Of a DNA stretch of 64,000 bases, positions 1-9,136 are shown in pieces. Source of the stretch: Anaerovoracaceae bacterium. GTDB taxonomy: Bacteria; Bacillota; Clostridia; Peptostreptococcales; Anaerovoracaceae. The notes beneath the pieces are model-generated. The model searched no databases. It worked only from the letters and a program-made list of their open reading frames with translations, and was not told where the DNA came from. A program made the translations under genes and the position numbers. Location: NCBI GenBank assembly GCA_036677845.1, contig JAVBVR010000025.1, positions 46,583 through 110,582 on the forward strand, in the 5' to 3' direction. The stretch's first letter is position 1; every line of letters starts with the position of its first letter.

Positions 1-655
1 TGGATTCCTGATCCACGCGGTAGGATTCCAGAATCTTCTGCAGGGACTTGTTAAAGGTAAAGTCATCAAGGCTGCAAGCCTTCAGATAATTTATGGTCCT
101 GTCCGGATATTTCACATAACAGACCGAGATTGCCCATGCAACGCCCATTTTTACATAATAGCCCTCGTGGCGGATCTCGTCCAGGCGGGGTATTACCCGG
201 TCAATATATTCATCGTTGATATAATGGGCCAGCATCATGATCACGGCGAACCGGATCTCGAATTCCCTGCCGGATCTTAGATAAGGCTGGAGAAAGTCCC
301 ATAGGATCCGGGGCTGTTTCTTGGCAAGCTTCAATCCGGTGCAGAAGCTGTCGCAGACTGCCCAGTTGTTGATTTTCGGGATAAAACGGGCTGTGTATTC
401 CAGTATTTCATCCGGAGGAGCTTTTGCATATCCGATTACCAATCCCTGAAGCATGACTTCCTCGTAGTATTCCTCTTTCGCATGATCCAGATAGTGCTGC
501 CAATCGCCTTTGGCGATTTCCTTTGCCAGATCCCTCAGATACGGGAGCCGGACTCCCAGCATCATTCTGTTTTCTCCCGGGACCAGGCTGCTGTTGAATT
601 TCCTGTATTCCTCATCTGCCAGCTCAAACAGACGGCTTCGTATATTCTGATTCAT
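1..655 (-). CDS. DNA alkylation repair protein (AlkD-like HEAT-repeat family), truncated by window edge
   Basis: Absent from the ORF track because it runs off the window. Reverse translation from ATG 655..653 (GGAG 6 nt upstream) gives MNQNIRSRLFELADEEYRKFNSSLVPGENRMMLGVRLPYLRDLAKEIAK..., open to position 1. This pattern is typical of the DNA alkylation repair enzyme family. Confidence 0.75.
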   Translation of the reverse strand, partial: MNQNIRSRLFELADEEYRKFNSSLVPGENRMMLGVRLPYLRDLAKEIAKGDWQHYLDHAKEEYYEEVMLQGLVIGYAKAPPDEILEYTARFIPKINNWAVCDSFCTGLKLAKKQPRILWDFLQPYLRSGREFEIRFAVIMMLAHYINDEYIDRVIPRLDEIRHEGYYVKMGVAWAISVCYVKYPDRTINYLKACSLDDFTFNKSLQKILESYRVDQES

Positions 656-665
656 CGGATCTCCT

Positions 666-1697
666 TCATCTGTTTTTCTCATTCATTCGGGAATATTTTT
701 TCAGATAGACCCGGCGCATAAGAACGCATTCCCAGGGTTTTATATAATGCGGACGGCCAAAGGTCCAGGCGGCGAAATAGGCCTTGCAGTTTTTTCTCAA
801 GATCATGCTGGCCGCTTCTGCGTCACCTTCGTTCCTGCCAAGACATACGGCGCCCAAGTCTTTGACGAGCACGGCGGAAGCGGATTTCAGTGCGCGAAAA
901 ACCAGTGCGGGATCATTCTCTACCGTTTTGGTCCTGGTCCCGACAATCTGTGCAAAATCATCGAGCAGGGGCCTCAAGACCGTGCCGATTCTGGAGAAAC
1001 GCACCACATCCGGATCGGTATTGATCAGGATATGGCCTTTCTTTCCGGCGGACCGCAATGCTGTCAGCAAAGCTTTTGCCTCTTCGGTCAACGGCCGAAG
1101 CACATCAGAAGATCCGGTCTGGATTTGACCGCCGTTTTCGTTGATATAGGAACCGGAGGCCGTTTCCAGTTCACGGGCGGCCCGAAAGGTATCCTCATAG
1201 TTTTTGCCCCAGCAGAGAGTACCGTGATGCTTTAAAATCAAGGAGTGTCCTGTTGAGACCTTCAGTGCCTCAGAAACATTCCGGACCAGTGCTTTTGTAC
1301 CAGGCAGGGCATATTCAGCGCAGATTACAGATGCTCCGAGCTCCGGTAAACCGGGGGGAGGAGTGAAAGAATCCAGCCCCGCTGCGGACACGGCGGAGGC
1401 GTTTTCCTGATGGGTGTGAATCACGAAATTCATGTCGGGAAAGAGACGGTATACTGCTGCGTGGATTCCCTTTTCCGAAGAGGGCTTGATTTCTCCTTCG
1501 TAACTTAAGTCCGTTAATCGTACCTCAACGATATCCTCTGCCGTCAGCGTCTGATATTCCCTTCCGCTGGGTGTGACGGCGAAGGCGTTTTCATCGATCC
1601 GACAGCTTACATTGCCCCAGGTTCGGGCGATCAGGCCTGACCGGGACAGCTCACGGCCGGCATTTACCACCAAACTTTTCGCTTCTTTGCGTTCCAT
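666..1697 (-). CDS. class II aldolase/adducin-family protein with an extra C-terminal aldolase-like region
   Basis: ORF 666..1748. The internal Met at 1697 is preceded by AAAGGAGAG. It carries TWGNVS and HTHQENASAVS motifs of class II (metal-dependent) aldolases. The C-terminal ~140 aa has no recognisable catalytic His cluster. Confidence 0.75.
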   Translation of the reverse strand: MERKEAKSLVVNAGRELSRSGLIARTWGNVSCRIDENAFAVTPSGREYQTLTAEDIVEVRLTDLSYEGEIKPSSEKGIHAAVYRLFPDMNFVIHTHQENASAVSAAGLDSFTPPPGLPELGASVICAEYALPGTKALVRNVSEALKVSTGHSLILKHHGTLCWGKNYEDTFRAARELETASGSYINENGGQIQTGSSDVLRPLTEEAKALLTALRSAGKKGHILINTDPDVVRFSRIGTVLRPLLDDFAQIVGTRTKTVENDPALVFRALKSASAVLVKDLGAVCLGRNEGDAEAASMILRKNCKAYFAAWTFGRPHYIKPWECVLMRRVYLKKYSRMNEKNR

Positions 1698-1855
1698 TTT
1701 TTCTCTCCTTTTCCCGGCGGTGTTTCTTCCCGACAGGCTATAACCCATAAATTGTTCCTTTCATACCTGGAAAACTCTTGCCGAATAAATATGGAAAAAT
1801 ATATAATCATAATAACATATCAATATATCGAAGGGAAGATGAAACGGAGGACAGA

Positions 1856-2872
1856 ATGAGTAAGAAGGTATGCCTGATCCATACCGGAGGAACAATCGGC
1901 ATGGCAAGAACGGAAAAAGGATATGCGCCGAAAAAGGGGTTTATACAATCCTTTCTTTCCGGCATGCGCGAGCTGGATTCGGAGGAAATTCCCGCTTTTG
2001 ACCTGTTCGAGTACGACCCCCTGTTGGACTCATCCAATATCTCTGTGAGAGAATGGGTGAAAATAGCCCGGGATATCAAGGAAAAATACGATCTGTATGA
2101 CGGCTTTGTGATCCTGCACGGAACAGATACCATGGCCTATACGGCGTCTGCTCTTTCCTTCATGCTGGAGGGGCTTTCCAAACCGGTGATTTTAACAGGT
2201 TCACAGATCCCGCTCTGTGAGATCAGAAACGACGCACGGGACAATCTGATCACTTCCCTGATGATAGCAGGGAATTACCATGTCCCGGAAGTCTGTTTAT
2301 TCTTCGGCAATGACCTTTATCGTGGCAATCGGGCCACAAAGATAAGCTCTGATGAATTGATTGCCTTCGATTCTCCCAACTATCCGGCCCTGGGCGAAGC
2401 GGGAGTAAGGATTACCGTCAATGAGGGCGCAGTTCGGAACGCGGGTACCGAACTGAAGCTGTCAACCTTTGAACCGAAGCAGATCGCCGTACTGAAGATT
2501 TTCCCCGGAATCCAGTTTGAAATCTTCGAAAATATTCTGACCTCGAATCTGAAAGGAATCGTATTTGAGGCTTTTGGGGCCGGCAACATCCCGGAGAATA
2601 AAGGCGCCTTAAACCGAATCCTTGAAAAAGCAGAGAAGAACGGAACGATTATTGTCGTATGCACGCAATGCCTGAGGGGCTCTGCCATGATCGGCGAGTA
2701 CGAAACCAGTCAGAGTTTTGCGCGGGCCGGTGCCGTCAGCGGTTTTGACATGACAGTGGAAGCTGCGGTTACAAAACTGTATTACCTGCTTAGTCTTTAT
2801 GATGATATGGACATGGTCAAGAAGCTTATGGTCATGGATTTGAGAGGTGAAATGTCTGTATTCAAGCAATGA
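1856..2872 (+). CDS. ansA: type I L-asparaginase
   Basis: ATG 1856 follows GGAGG (1846-1850). HTGGTIGM and HGTDTM motifs are present. Length is 338 aa. Confidence 0.9.
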   Translation: MSKKVCLIHTGGTIGMARTEKGYAPKKGFIQSFLSGMRELDSEEIPAFDLFEYDPLLDSSNISVREWVKIARDIKEKYDLYDGFVILHGTDTMAYTASALSFMLEGLSKPVILTGSQIPLCEIRNDARDNLITSLMIAGNYHVPEVCLFFGNDLYRGNRATKISSDELIAFDSPNYPALGEAGVRITVNEGAVRNAGTELKLSTFEPKQIAVLKIFPGIQFEIFENILTSNLKGIVFEAFGAGNIPENKGALNRILEKAEKNGTIIVVCTQCLRGSAMIGEYETSQSFARAGAVSGFDMTVEAAVTKLYYLLSLYDDMDMVKKLMVMDLRGEMSVFKQ

Positions 2873-3119
2873 AAACATCGGGATGATCGGGGAATGAGCT
2901 GGAAAAGCACCATTACATATTCTCAGGTGATCAATGAAACCATCAAGAAAAACCTGGGAGGGCTTCTCTCGGCAAAATTCCTCCTCAACAGTGTAGTTTT
3001 TTATGAAATCGAAGCATGCCTGACAGCGGAAACTGGGACAAAGGTGCGGAGATCCTGAAAGATGCAAACGGGCGGCTTTGTATTCCATCGAAAAATAAAA
3101 AAAACAGGAGGCTTTAAAA

Positions 3120-3491
3120 ATGGATTGGAAATTTGTATTGGCCCTGGTTTTCGCTTTGATCGTGGCGGTTTTTGCATTACAGAACGCCATTGCTGTCGAC
3201 ATCAGTTTTCTGACGATGGAATTTTCCATCTCTCAGGCATTGGTCATTTTGATTTCAGCTGCATTCGGCGCATTGGCGGTCCTTCTGCTCAGCCTGGTAC
3301 GATGGATTAAATGCCAGTCGAAAATAAAAAGTTCGGCGAAGACCATCAGTGCGCTGGAACAGGAAAACAGGAAGCTGAAGATGAAGCTGGAAGAAAAAGA
3401 GAATGCATCTGGGAAAAGTAAAGAAAGTGAAATAACAAAAAATAACGGATTGACAGAAAAAGAATCCGGTGATACTATGATACCGAACTAA
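3120..3491 (+). CDS. small membrane protein, LapA/DUF1049-like, with coiled-coil tail
   Basis: AGGAGG RBS. Two hydrophobic helices (WKFVLALVFALIVAVFAL, ALVILISAAFGALAVLLLSL) are followed by a charged KLKMKLEEKE tail. Confidence 0.7.
   Translation: MDWKFVLALVFALIVAVFALQNAIAVDISFLTMEFSISQALVILISAAFGALAVLLLSLVRWIKCQSKIKSSAKTISALEQENRKLKMKLEEKENASGKSKESEITKNNGLTEKESGDTMIPN
3450..3478 (+). promoter_or_regulatory. candidate sigma-A promoter of the rib operon, embedded in the 3' end of the preceding CDS
   Basis: TTGACA (3450-3455), 17-nt spacer, TACTAT (3473-3478). The predicted start lies just 5' of the FMN aptamer. Confidence 0.5.
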
Positions 3492-3494
3492 ATA

Positions 3495-3605
3495 AATTCT
3501 TCAGGGCGGGGTGCGATTCCCCACCGGTGGTAAAGCCCACGAGCCGCAAGGCATGATTCGGTGAAATTCCGAGGCCGACAGTATAGTCTGGATGAAAGAA
3601 GAAGC
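3495..3605 (+). promoter_or_regulatory. FMN riboswitch (RFN element) aptamer
   Basis: Conserved RFN blocks are present: TTCTTCAGGGCGGGGTGCGATTCCCCACCGGTGGTAAAGCCCACGAGCC ... GATTCGGTGAAATTCCGAGGCCGACAGTATAGTCTGGATGAAAGAAGAAG. It lies directly upstream of ribD. Confidence 0.9.
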
Positions 3606-3635
3606 AACAATACGGATAACGGTATTTGATGACTT

Positions 3636-3669
3636 GCTCTGAAATATGAAAATATTTCAGAGCTTTTTT
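3636..3669 (+). terminator. intrinsic terminator (expression platform of the FMN riboswitch)
   Basis: 12-bp perfect stem GCTCTGAAATAT / ATATTTCAGAGC, loop GAAA, followed by TTTTTT. Confidence 0.8.
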
Positions 3670-3705
3670 ATGAAACGACGGTCCGTGCAAATGTAAAATT
3701 TTGAG

Positions 3706-3738
3706 CCCTGAACTTCAATTCGGGGTTTTTTGTTTTTT
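3706..3738 (+). terminator. second intrinsic terminator-like hairpin in the rib leader
   Basis: Stem CCCTGAA / TTCGGGG (7 bp, one G-U), 6-nt loop, followed by TTTTTTGTTTTTT. It sits 60 nt upstream of ribD. Confidence 0.6.
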
Positions 3739-3799
3739 ATTTTGCAGGAAATAAGGGTCTGATACGAATGAAGGAGCGTTATACAGGAGGAAATAAGTC

Positions 3800-4942
3800 A
3801 TGGACACGGAATATATGAACCAGGCTTTGGAACTGGCGGAAAGAGGAGTCGGTAAGACAAATCCCAATCCGCTGGTAGGAGCTGTTATCGTGAAAAACGG
3901 CCGGTTGATCGGGAAGGGCTGGCATGAAGCATACGGCCAGGCTCATGCAGAGGTCAATGCGGTCAGGGATGCCGAAGCAGCCAATCCCGGGGATAACCCG
4001 GATGAGGGCTTGAAAGATGCCTGCCTTTATGTAAATCTGGAACCCTGCTGCCATTTCGGGAAAACGCCGCCCTGCACAGAGCTGCTCATTGAAAAAGGCA
4101 TTCGGCGGGTTGTAATCGGAACGCTGGATCCTAACCCGAAGGTGGCGGGCAAGGGTGTACAAAGGCTAAGGGAAGCCGGTATTGAAGTCCAGGTGGGAGT
4201 TTTGGCACAGGAAAGCCGGAAACTGAACGAAGTGTTCCTTCACTTCATGCAGAAGCAGCGGCCCTTTGTCGTATTGAAAGGGGCAATGAGTCTGGACGGA
4301 AAAATTGCGGCACCTTCGGGAGAATCCAGGTGGATAACAGAAGAGGCAGCGAGAAGAGATGTACAGGAGCTCAGAAACCGTTATGCGGCGATCATGGTTG
4401 GAGTCGGCACTGTCATAATGGATGACCCGGAACTCACCTGCCGCCTGGAGGGCGGCAGGAACCCGAAACGGATCATTCTGGACAGCAGCCTCCGGATTCC
4501 CCTTGGCAGCAGAGTGTTAAAGGACCAGGAGCGGAATCCCGCTCTGATCGCCTGTACCGAAACCGCTCTGCCGGAGAAAGCACGGCAGCTGGAAGAAGCA
4601 GGCGCGGAACTGCTTTACTGCAGAAGCATAAACCGTCAGATCGATCTCTCTGATCTGATGGCAAAGCTGGGGAATATGGCGGTAGACAGTGTTCTGCTCG
4701 AAGGCGGGGCAACTGTGAATGATTCCGCTGTAACACAGAGACTCGTCGATAAAATCGTGCTTTATATGGCGCCTAAAATCATCGGCGGATGCAAATCCAA
4801 GACCGTTGTCGGAGGACACGGAATCGACAGACTGGATCAAGCATATCCCCTGCACATCGAATCGATGGAACGAGTAGGTGAGGACATGAAGATCACCGCT
4901 TATCCGAAAAGAGAGGAGGGGATGGATTGTTTACAGGGATAG
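3800..4942 (+). CDS. ribD: bifunctional diaminohydroxyphosphoribosylaminopyrimidine deaminase / 5-amino-6-(5-phosphoribosylamino)uracil reductase
   Basis: Deaminase zinc motifs HAEVNA and PCCHFGKTPPC, plus a C-terminal reductase domain. AGGAGG RBS. First gene after the FMN riboswitch. Confidence 0.95.
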   Translation: MDTEYMNQALELAERGVGKTNPNPLVGAVIVKNGRLIGKGWHEAYGQAHAEVNAVRDAEAANPGDNPDEGLKDACLYVNLEPCCHFGKTPPCTELLIEKGIRRVVIGTLDPNPKVAGKGVQRLREAGIEVQVGVLAQESRKLNEVFLHFMQKQRPFVVLKGAMSLDGKIAAPSGESRWITEEAARRDVQELRNRYAAIMVGVGTVIMDDPELTCRLEGGRNPKRIILDSSLRIPLGSRVLKDQERNPALIACTETALPEKARQLEEAGAELLYCRSINRQIDLSDLMAKLGNMAVDSVLLEGGATVNDSAVTQRLVDKIVLYMAPKIIGGCKSKTVVGGHGIDRLDQAYPLHIESMERVGEDMKITAYPKREEGMDCLQG

Positions 4943-5592
4943 TAGAAGAAGTCGGCCATGTGGAGCAGCTGATCAAAGGCGCAAAATCGGCCAAACTGAG
5001 AATCAGGGCGAAAACGGTTCTGGAGGGTACGCGAATCGGCGACAGTATCTGTACCAGCGGCGTATGTCTTACAGTGACCAGGCTGGATGGAAATTGCTTC
5101 GAAGCGGATGTCATGGGAGAAACCATAAGGCGAAGCAATCTGGGGAATCTTATCCCGGGCAGCGCAGTGAACCTGGAACGCGCCATGCAGCTGAACGGCA
5201 GGTTTGGAGGCCATGTAGTCAGCGGCCATATCGATGGCACCGGTAAAATTACGTCCGTTTCAAGGGAGGATCAGGCTGTGTGGATTACTGTTTCTGCCGA
5301 TCCGCAGATGCTCCGGTACATCGTAGAAAAAGGTTCCGTTGCCGTCGACGGAGTCAGTCTGACCGTTGCTGCAGCAGAGTCCTCGGCATTTAAGGTTTCT
5401 GTGATTCCCCATACAGGGAAGGAAACCACACTGCTTTGCCATAAGGCAGGAGATATTCTCAATCTGGAATGTGACATCATAGGCAAATATGTGGAAAAGC
5501 TGTTTGGAAATCCGGAGAAAGGTACGAATCCGGAACAAAGCGGGAGACCGCAGCAGCTTTCAGAGGTGTTTTTAAGAGAAAACGGGTTTTAA
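4927..5592 (+). CDS. ribE: riboflavin synthase alpha chain
   Basis: Canonical MFTGIVEE N-terminus read from a TTG start at 4927, with GAGGAGGGG upstream. Overlaps the ribD 3' end by 16 nt. Confidence 0.9.
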   Translation: MFTGIVEEVGHVEQLIKGAKSAKLRIRAKTVLEGTRIGDSICTSGVCLTVTRLDGNCFEADVMGETIRRSNLGNLIPGSAVNLERAMQLNGRFGGHVVSGHIDGTGKITSVSREDQAVWITVSADPQMLRYIVEKGSVAVDGVSLTVAAAESSAFKVSVIPHTGKETTLLCHKAGDILNLECDIIGKYVEKLFGNPEKGTNPEQSGRPQQLSEVFLRENGF

Positions 5593-5644
5593 CAGAATTT
5601 CGTTGATAAAATGTAAAACTTTAATAGGAAAGAGGAGGTTCCAT

Positions 5645-6847
5645 ATGTGTTATCAATTCAGCACGATTGAACGTGCAATCGAAGATATCAGAAACGGAAA
5701 GATGGTCATCGTCATCGACGACCCGGGTCGTGAAAACGAAGGAGACCTTATCATTGCCGCAGAAAAGGCAACGCCGGAGGCGGTAAACTTTATGGTGAAA
5801 TATGCAAGGGGGCTTGTATGCATGCCTATGGAGGGGACTGACCTTGACCGGCTTGGAATCCAGGCTATGGTGGAAAAAAATACGGACAATCACGAAACAG
5901 CATTTACCGTGTCCGTTGACCATAAGGACACGACAACGGGCATTTCTGCCTTTGAACGGTCTCAGACCATTCTGAGCCTGATCGACGAACAGGCAGCGCC
6001 GGCCGACTTCAGGAAGCCGGGCCATATCTTTCCGCTCAGGGCAAAAGAAGGCGGCGTACTGAAACGTACCGGGCATACGGAGGCGGCGGTGGATCTGGCA
6101 AAGCTTGCAGGGATGAAGCCGGCAGGAGTGATTTGTGAAATTATGAATGAAGACGGCACGATGGCCAGAACGCCCGAATTGATGGAATTTGCAGAAAAGT
6201 ACGGGATTGGCGTCATAACGATCACAGACCTGGTTGCGCACCGAAGCAAGAGAGAAAGTCTGGTGGAATGCGTCGTAGAAACCAGATTGCCTACCGAATA
6301 CGGAGCCTTTAGAATCCGCGGCTATCAGAACAGAATCAACGGAGAACATCATGTCGCACTGATCATGGGAGATGTTGAAGGAGATGAACCCATCCTGACA
6401 AGGGTTCACTCGGAATGCCTGACCGGAGACGCTCTTGGATCCATACGTTGCGACTGCGGGGAGCAGTATGCTGCGGCTATGTCTCAGATCGCGCGTGAGG
6501 GTCGGGGTATCCTGATCTATATGCGACAGGAGGGTCGGGGTATCGGTCTCATCAACAAGCTGAAGGCATATGCTCTTCAGGATCAGGGTATGGACACCGT
6601 TGAAGCAAATCTTGCTCTGGGATTTGAAGAGGATCTGAGGGACTATGGGATAGGGGCCCAGATTTTGAAGGATCTCGGAGCCCGGAAGCTCAGGCTTATG
6701 ACCAATAACCCCAGAAAGATAAAAGGCCTGGAGGGTTATGGACTGGAAATTGCAGAAAGGGTTCCCCTTCAGATGGAAGCAAATGTAGAAAATGTGATGT
6801 ATCTGAAAACGAAGCAGCAGAAGCTTCACCATCTGTTGGCCTATTAA
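5645..6847 (+). CDS. ribBA: bifunctional 3,4-dihydroxy-2-butanone-4-phosphate synthase / GTP cyclohydrolase II
   Basis: ATG 5645 follows GAGGAGG. The DHBP synthase N-half has [12 protein letters not shown]. The GCHII C-half has [18 protein letters not shown]. Confidence 0.95.
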   Translation: MCYQFSTIERAIEDIRNGKMVIVIDDPGRENEGDLIIAAEKATPEAVNFMVKYARGLVCMPMEGTDLDRLGIQAMVEKNTDNHETAFTVSVDHKDTTTGISAFERSQTILSLIDEQAAPADFRKPGHIFPLRAKEGGVLKRTGHTEAAVDLAKLAGMKPAGVICEIMNEDGTMARTPELMEFAEKYGIGVITITDLVAHRSKRESLVECVVETRLPTEYGAFRIRGYQNRINGEHHVALIMGDVEGDEPILTRVHSECLTGDALGSIRCDCGEQYAAAMSQIAREGRGILIYMRQEGRGIGLINKLKAYALQDQGMDTVEANLALGFEEDLRDYGIGAQILKDLGARKLRLMTNNPRKIKGLEGYGLEIAERVPLQMEANVENVMYLKTKQQKLHHLLAY

Positions 6848-6892
6848 GAGCAACAAACCCGGTATATTAATTAAGAAGAAAGGAAGAAAATC

Positions 6893-7366
6893 ATGAATCT
6901 GATTCAAGGAAATATAATCGCGCAAGGAATGAAGTTCGGACTCGCCGCCTCGCGTTTCAATGAGTTTATCGTCTCAAAACTGATTGGCGGTGCGGAGGAC
7001 TGTCTGCTTCGCCACGGTGCCGCAGGAGAGGATATCGATCTGATATGGGTACCGGGGGCTTTTGAACTGCCCTTTGCCGCAAAGAAGATGGCTGAATCCG
7101 GGAAATATGATGCAGTGATCTGCCTTGGCACTGTGATCAGAGGGTCGACCTCTCACTATGACCTGGTTTGTGCCGAGGTTTCCAAGGGCATCGCCAATGT
7201 GGGGCTTTCCGGAAATACTCCGGTAATCTTCGGTGTTCTGACCACGGATACCATCGAACAGGCCATAGAGCGAGCCGGTACAAAAGCCGGAAACAAAGGC
7301 TTTGACGCGGCAGTCTCCGCAATCGAAATGGCGAATCTGCTCAGAAATATTTCCGATTCGGAATAA
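6893..7366 (+). CDS. ribH: 6,7-dimethyl-8-ribityllumazine synthase
   Basis: 157 aa. Lumazine synthase motifs WVPGAFELP and [12 protein letters not shown]. Last gene of the rib operon. Confidence 0.95.
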   Translation: MNLIQGNIIAQGMKFGLAASRFNEFIVSKLIGGAEDCLLRHGAAGEDIDLIWVPGAFELPFAAKKMAESGKYDAVICLGTVIRGSTSHYDLVCAEVSKGIANVGLSGNTPVIFGVLTTDTIEQAIERAGTKAGNKGFDAAVSAIEMANLLRNISDSE

Positions 7367-7391
7367 CAGGATATGAATCCAAGATTAATAA

Positions 7392-7419
7392 GCGCCGGAC
7401 GGTTAAACTGATCCGGCGC
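7392..7419. terminator. hairpin between convergent ribH and the LuxR-type regulator gene
   Basis: Stem GCGCCGGA / TCCGGCGC (8 bp) with a 12-nt loop. The flanking T/A runs are weak. Confidence 0.55.
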
Positions 7420-7422
7420 ATT

Positions 7423-9081
7423 TTAGAACAGCTCGCTTTCCTTTCCCGCTTCCTTGAGCATAGTTACATATAGCAGCAGTTCCTCCCGGGATGCCACATT
7501 CAGCTTCATGTAGATCCTCTTGTTGTGTGTTTTGATTGTATTTATGCTGAGACAGAGGATTTTTGTGATTTCCTTTGCCGTGTACCCTTCGACATACAGG
7601 TTGAAAACGGCTCGCTCCGCAGGAGACAAGCTTCTGGTATTTTTAACGAACTCCTCGAACAGGGAGTCGGGGAGTGTCTCTTGACCTTTTCGCTTTTTGC
7701 CCGCCTTGCCGCTTACCCCTGCTGCCGATAAAAACTCAATCAGATCATCGATTTCCGCCACATTGGTTCTGGCCATATAATCATTGGATTTAATTATTTC
7801 AACACCCCTGAAAAATGGCAGGAGAAGTTTTCTGCTTAAAAAAAACGATATAGCGATTCCGATGACCAGAAGCCCAAAAAAGAGAGAAAGCAGCTTGATG
7901 TTCATCAGAATGACCGAGGCTGAAATGTCTTCGTCGGGTACGATCAGCGCAGCCGTCCATTGGGAATGATAAAATGCGGAATCTTCCGGATATAGAGAAA
8001 CAGGTTTGTGAAGGCCGCTGAACAGGGTGCCGTCGTATTGGCGGTAGGAGTTGAACGGCTCCCCTCTTCTGATATCCAGGATTTGATTCTGTTCTTTGAA
8101 ACTGCGTATGGAATAGCCGCCGGTAACCAGCGCTCGGGATACATGGAGTTTCTGGTCGGAACCGGGTGCAAGCAGCCCGATGGTACGCTCTGAAATACCG
8201 TCATTTGGCATATGGGAGAGCTTGAAAAGCATGGAACTCACTTCAAAGCCGCAAACTCCGAATGGGTTTCCCCGGCTGTCAACCAGCGGTGCAGTACAGA
8301 GCATGATTTGTTCTGTGGTACCCGGCAATGTCAGGGCATCGCTCCAGTAAAAAAGGCGGGAAACCGGAAGATCCTTCTCCCGCGCTGCCTTTATCGGCTT
8401 GCTGTAATATGAAGCGTCTGAAACATCAAATTCCATTCTCCACTGGGGGTGGAGCGTCACGCCATTCTGCCGTCCCACACTGGGAAATCCCCGAAGAACC
8501 AGAGTGAATTCGGAGGAGGCGTTCAAGATATTGGGCTCCATGTTTTTTATGTATAAACCTGTTTTTGATTCAGATGATTCTTGAAGAGAGGGATTGACTG
8601 TTGCATCCAGAATGAAGAACACTCCGCTGCTGTTTGCCTTCTGCATGGCAAGCAGACTTTTGTCATATTCGCTCTGAACAAGAGATTCAAGGATCTCCGG
8701 GTGATTTTTAAGATCCACAGCCGAAATATTTTTTGATCCCAGCTGCTCCTCGATATCCTTCGAGAGCACCTTTGCATACTCTATCGTGTGGGCGGAAATT
8801 CGCCCGAATTGCCCGGTGATATCATCAGCTAAACGGTTCAGTTCCTGGGTAAGATCCTTCTCCGTTTCTCGGAGACCGGAGGTGAAGGTACCGGTGACCG
8901 ACAGAATAACGAGCACGCTGAACAGGATCGAGACCACCAGCAGGGCGAGAAGCAGAAAAAGCTTCAGCCGTATGGGCAGACCCGTTCCGTTCAGGAAGTT
9001 GAATGCATCGCTCCATAGCATGTTTGGAGGATTTGTTTCTGGTTCGTTACCTGATTTTGTTTCTTTCAAAACAAAGCTCAC
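7423..9081 (-). CDS. membrane-spanning one-component regulator: TM, extracytoplasmic Cache-like domain, TM, C-terminal LuxR/GerE HTH
   Basis: Two hydrophobic helices (LFLLLALLVVSILFSVLVILSV and LLSLFFGLLVIGIAISFFL) flank ~330 aa. The C-terminus LSPAERAVFNLYVEGYTAKEITKILCLSINTIKTHNKRIYMKL is a LuxR-type HTH. The start is GTG with a weak RBS, so its exact position is uncertain. Confidence 0.8.
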   Translation of the reverse strand: MSFVLKETKSGNEPETNPPNMLWSDAFNFLNGTGLPIRLKLFLLLALLVVSILFSVLVILSVTGTFTSGLRETEKDLTQELNRLADDITGQFGRISAHTIEYAKVLSKDIEEQLGSKNISAVDLKNHPEILESLVQSEYDKSLLAMQKANSSGVFFILDATVNPSLQESSESKTGLYIKNMEPNILNASSEFTLVLRGFPSVGRQNGVTLHPQWRMEFDVSDASYYSKPIKAAREKDLPVSRLFYWSDALTLPGTTEQIMLCTAPLVDSRGNPFGVCGFEVSSMLFKLSHMPNDGISERTIGLLAPGSDQKLHVSRALVTGGYSIRSFKEQNQILDIRRGEPFNSYRQYDGTLFSGLHKPVSLYPEDSAFYHSQWTAALIVPDEDISASVILMNIKLLSLFFGLLVIGIAISFFLSRKLLLPFFRGVEIIKSNDYMARTNVAEIDDLIEFLSAAGVSGKAGKKRKGQETLPDSLFEEFVKNTRSLSPAERAVFNLYVEGYTAKEITKILCLSINTIKTHNKRIYMKLNVASREELLLYVTMLKEAGKESELF

Positions 9082-9136
9082 CGCCTACTGACAGGATATA
9101 ATTATTTATTTTTATCGGATAGGTATTTTTATTCTT

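Noticed and set aside
482-1235. Plus-strand ORFs 482-721, 747-1235 and 784-1128 at the left edge.
   Set aside because: They overlap the well-supported minus-strand AlkD-like and aldolase genes, and their translations have no recognisable features.
2895-3062. 55-aa ORF (MSWKSTITYSQVINETIKKNLGGLLSAKFLLNSVVFYEIEACLTAETGTKVRRS) in the 247-nt gap between ansA and the LapA-like gene.
   Set aside because: The only purine-rich stretch is 2 nt from the ATG, there is no recognisable motif, and it is below the ORF-track threshold. It could be a gene remnant, but I cannot support calling it.
5621-6925. Very long antisense ORFs opposite well-supported genes. Examples: 434 aa opposite ribBA; 61274-62332 opposite metG; 37324-38247 opposite hisD; 19482-20381 opposite the permeases; 22991-23821 opposite the M20 gene; 13618-14463 opposite the CoADR gene; 24484-25242 opposite iclR.
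   Set aside because: The sense-strand products carry clear family motifs. The antisense translations are low-complexity, Arg/Ser/His/Cys-rich and lack RBSs. They are typical shadow ORFs produced by codon bias.
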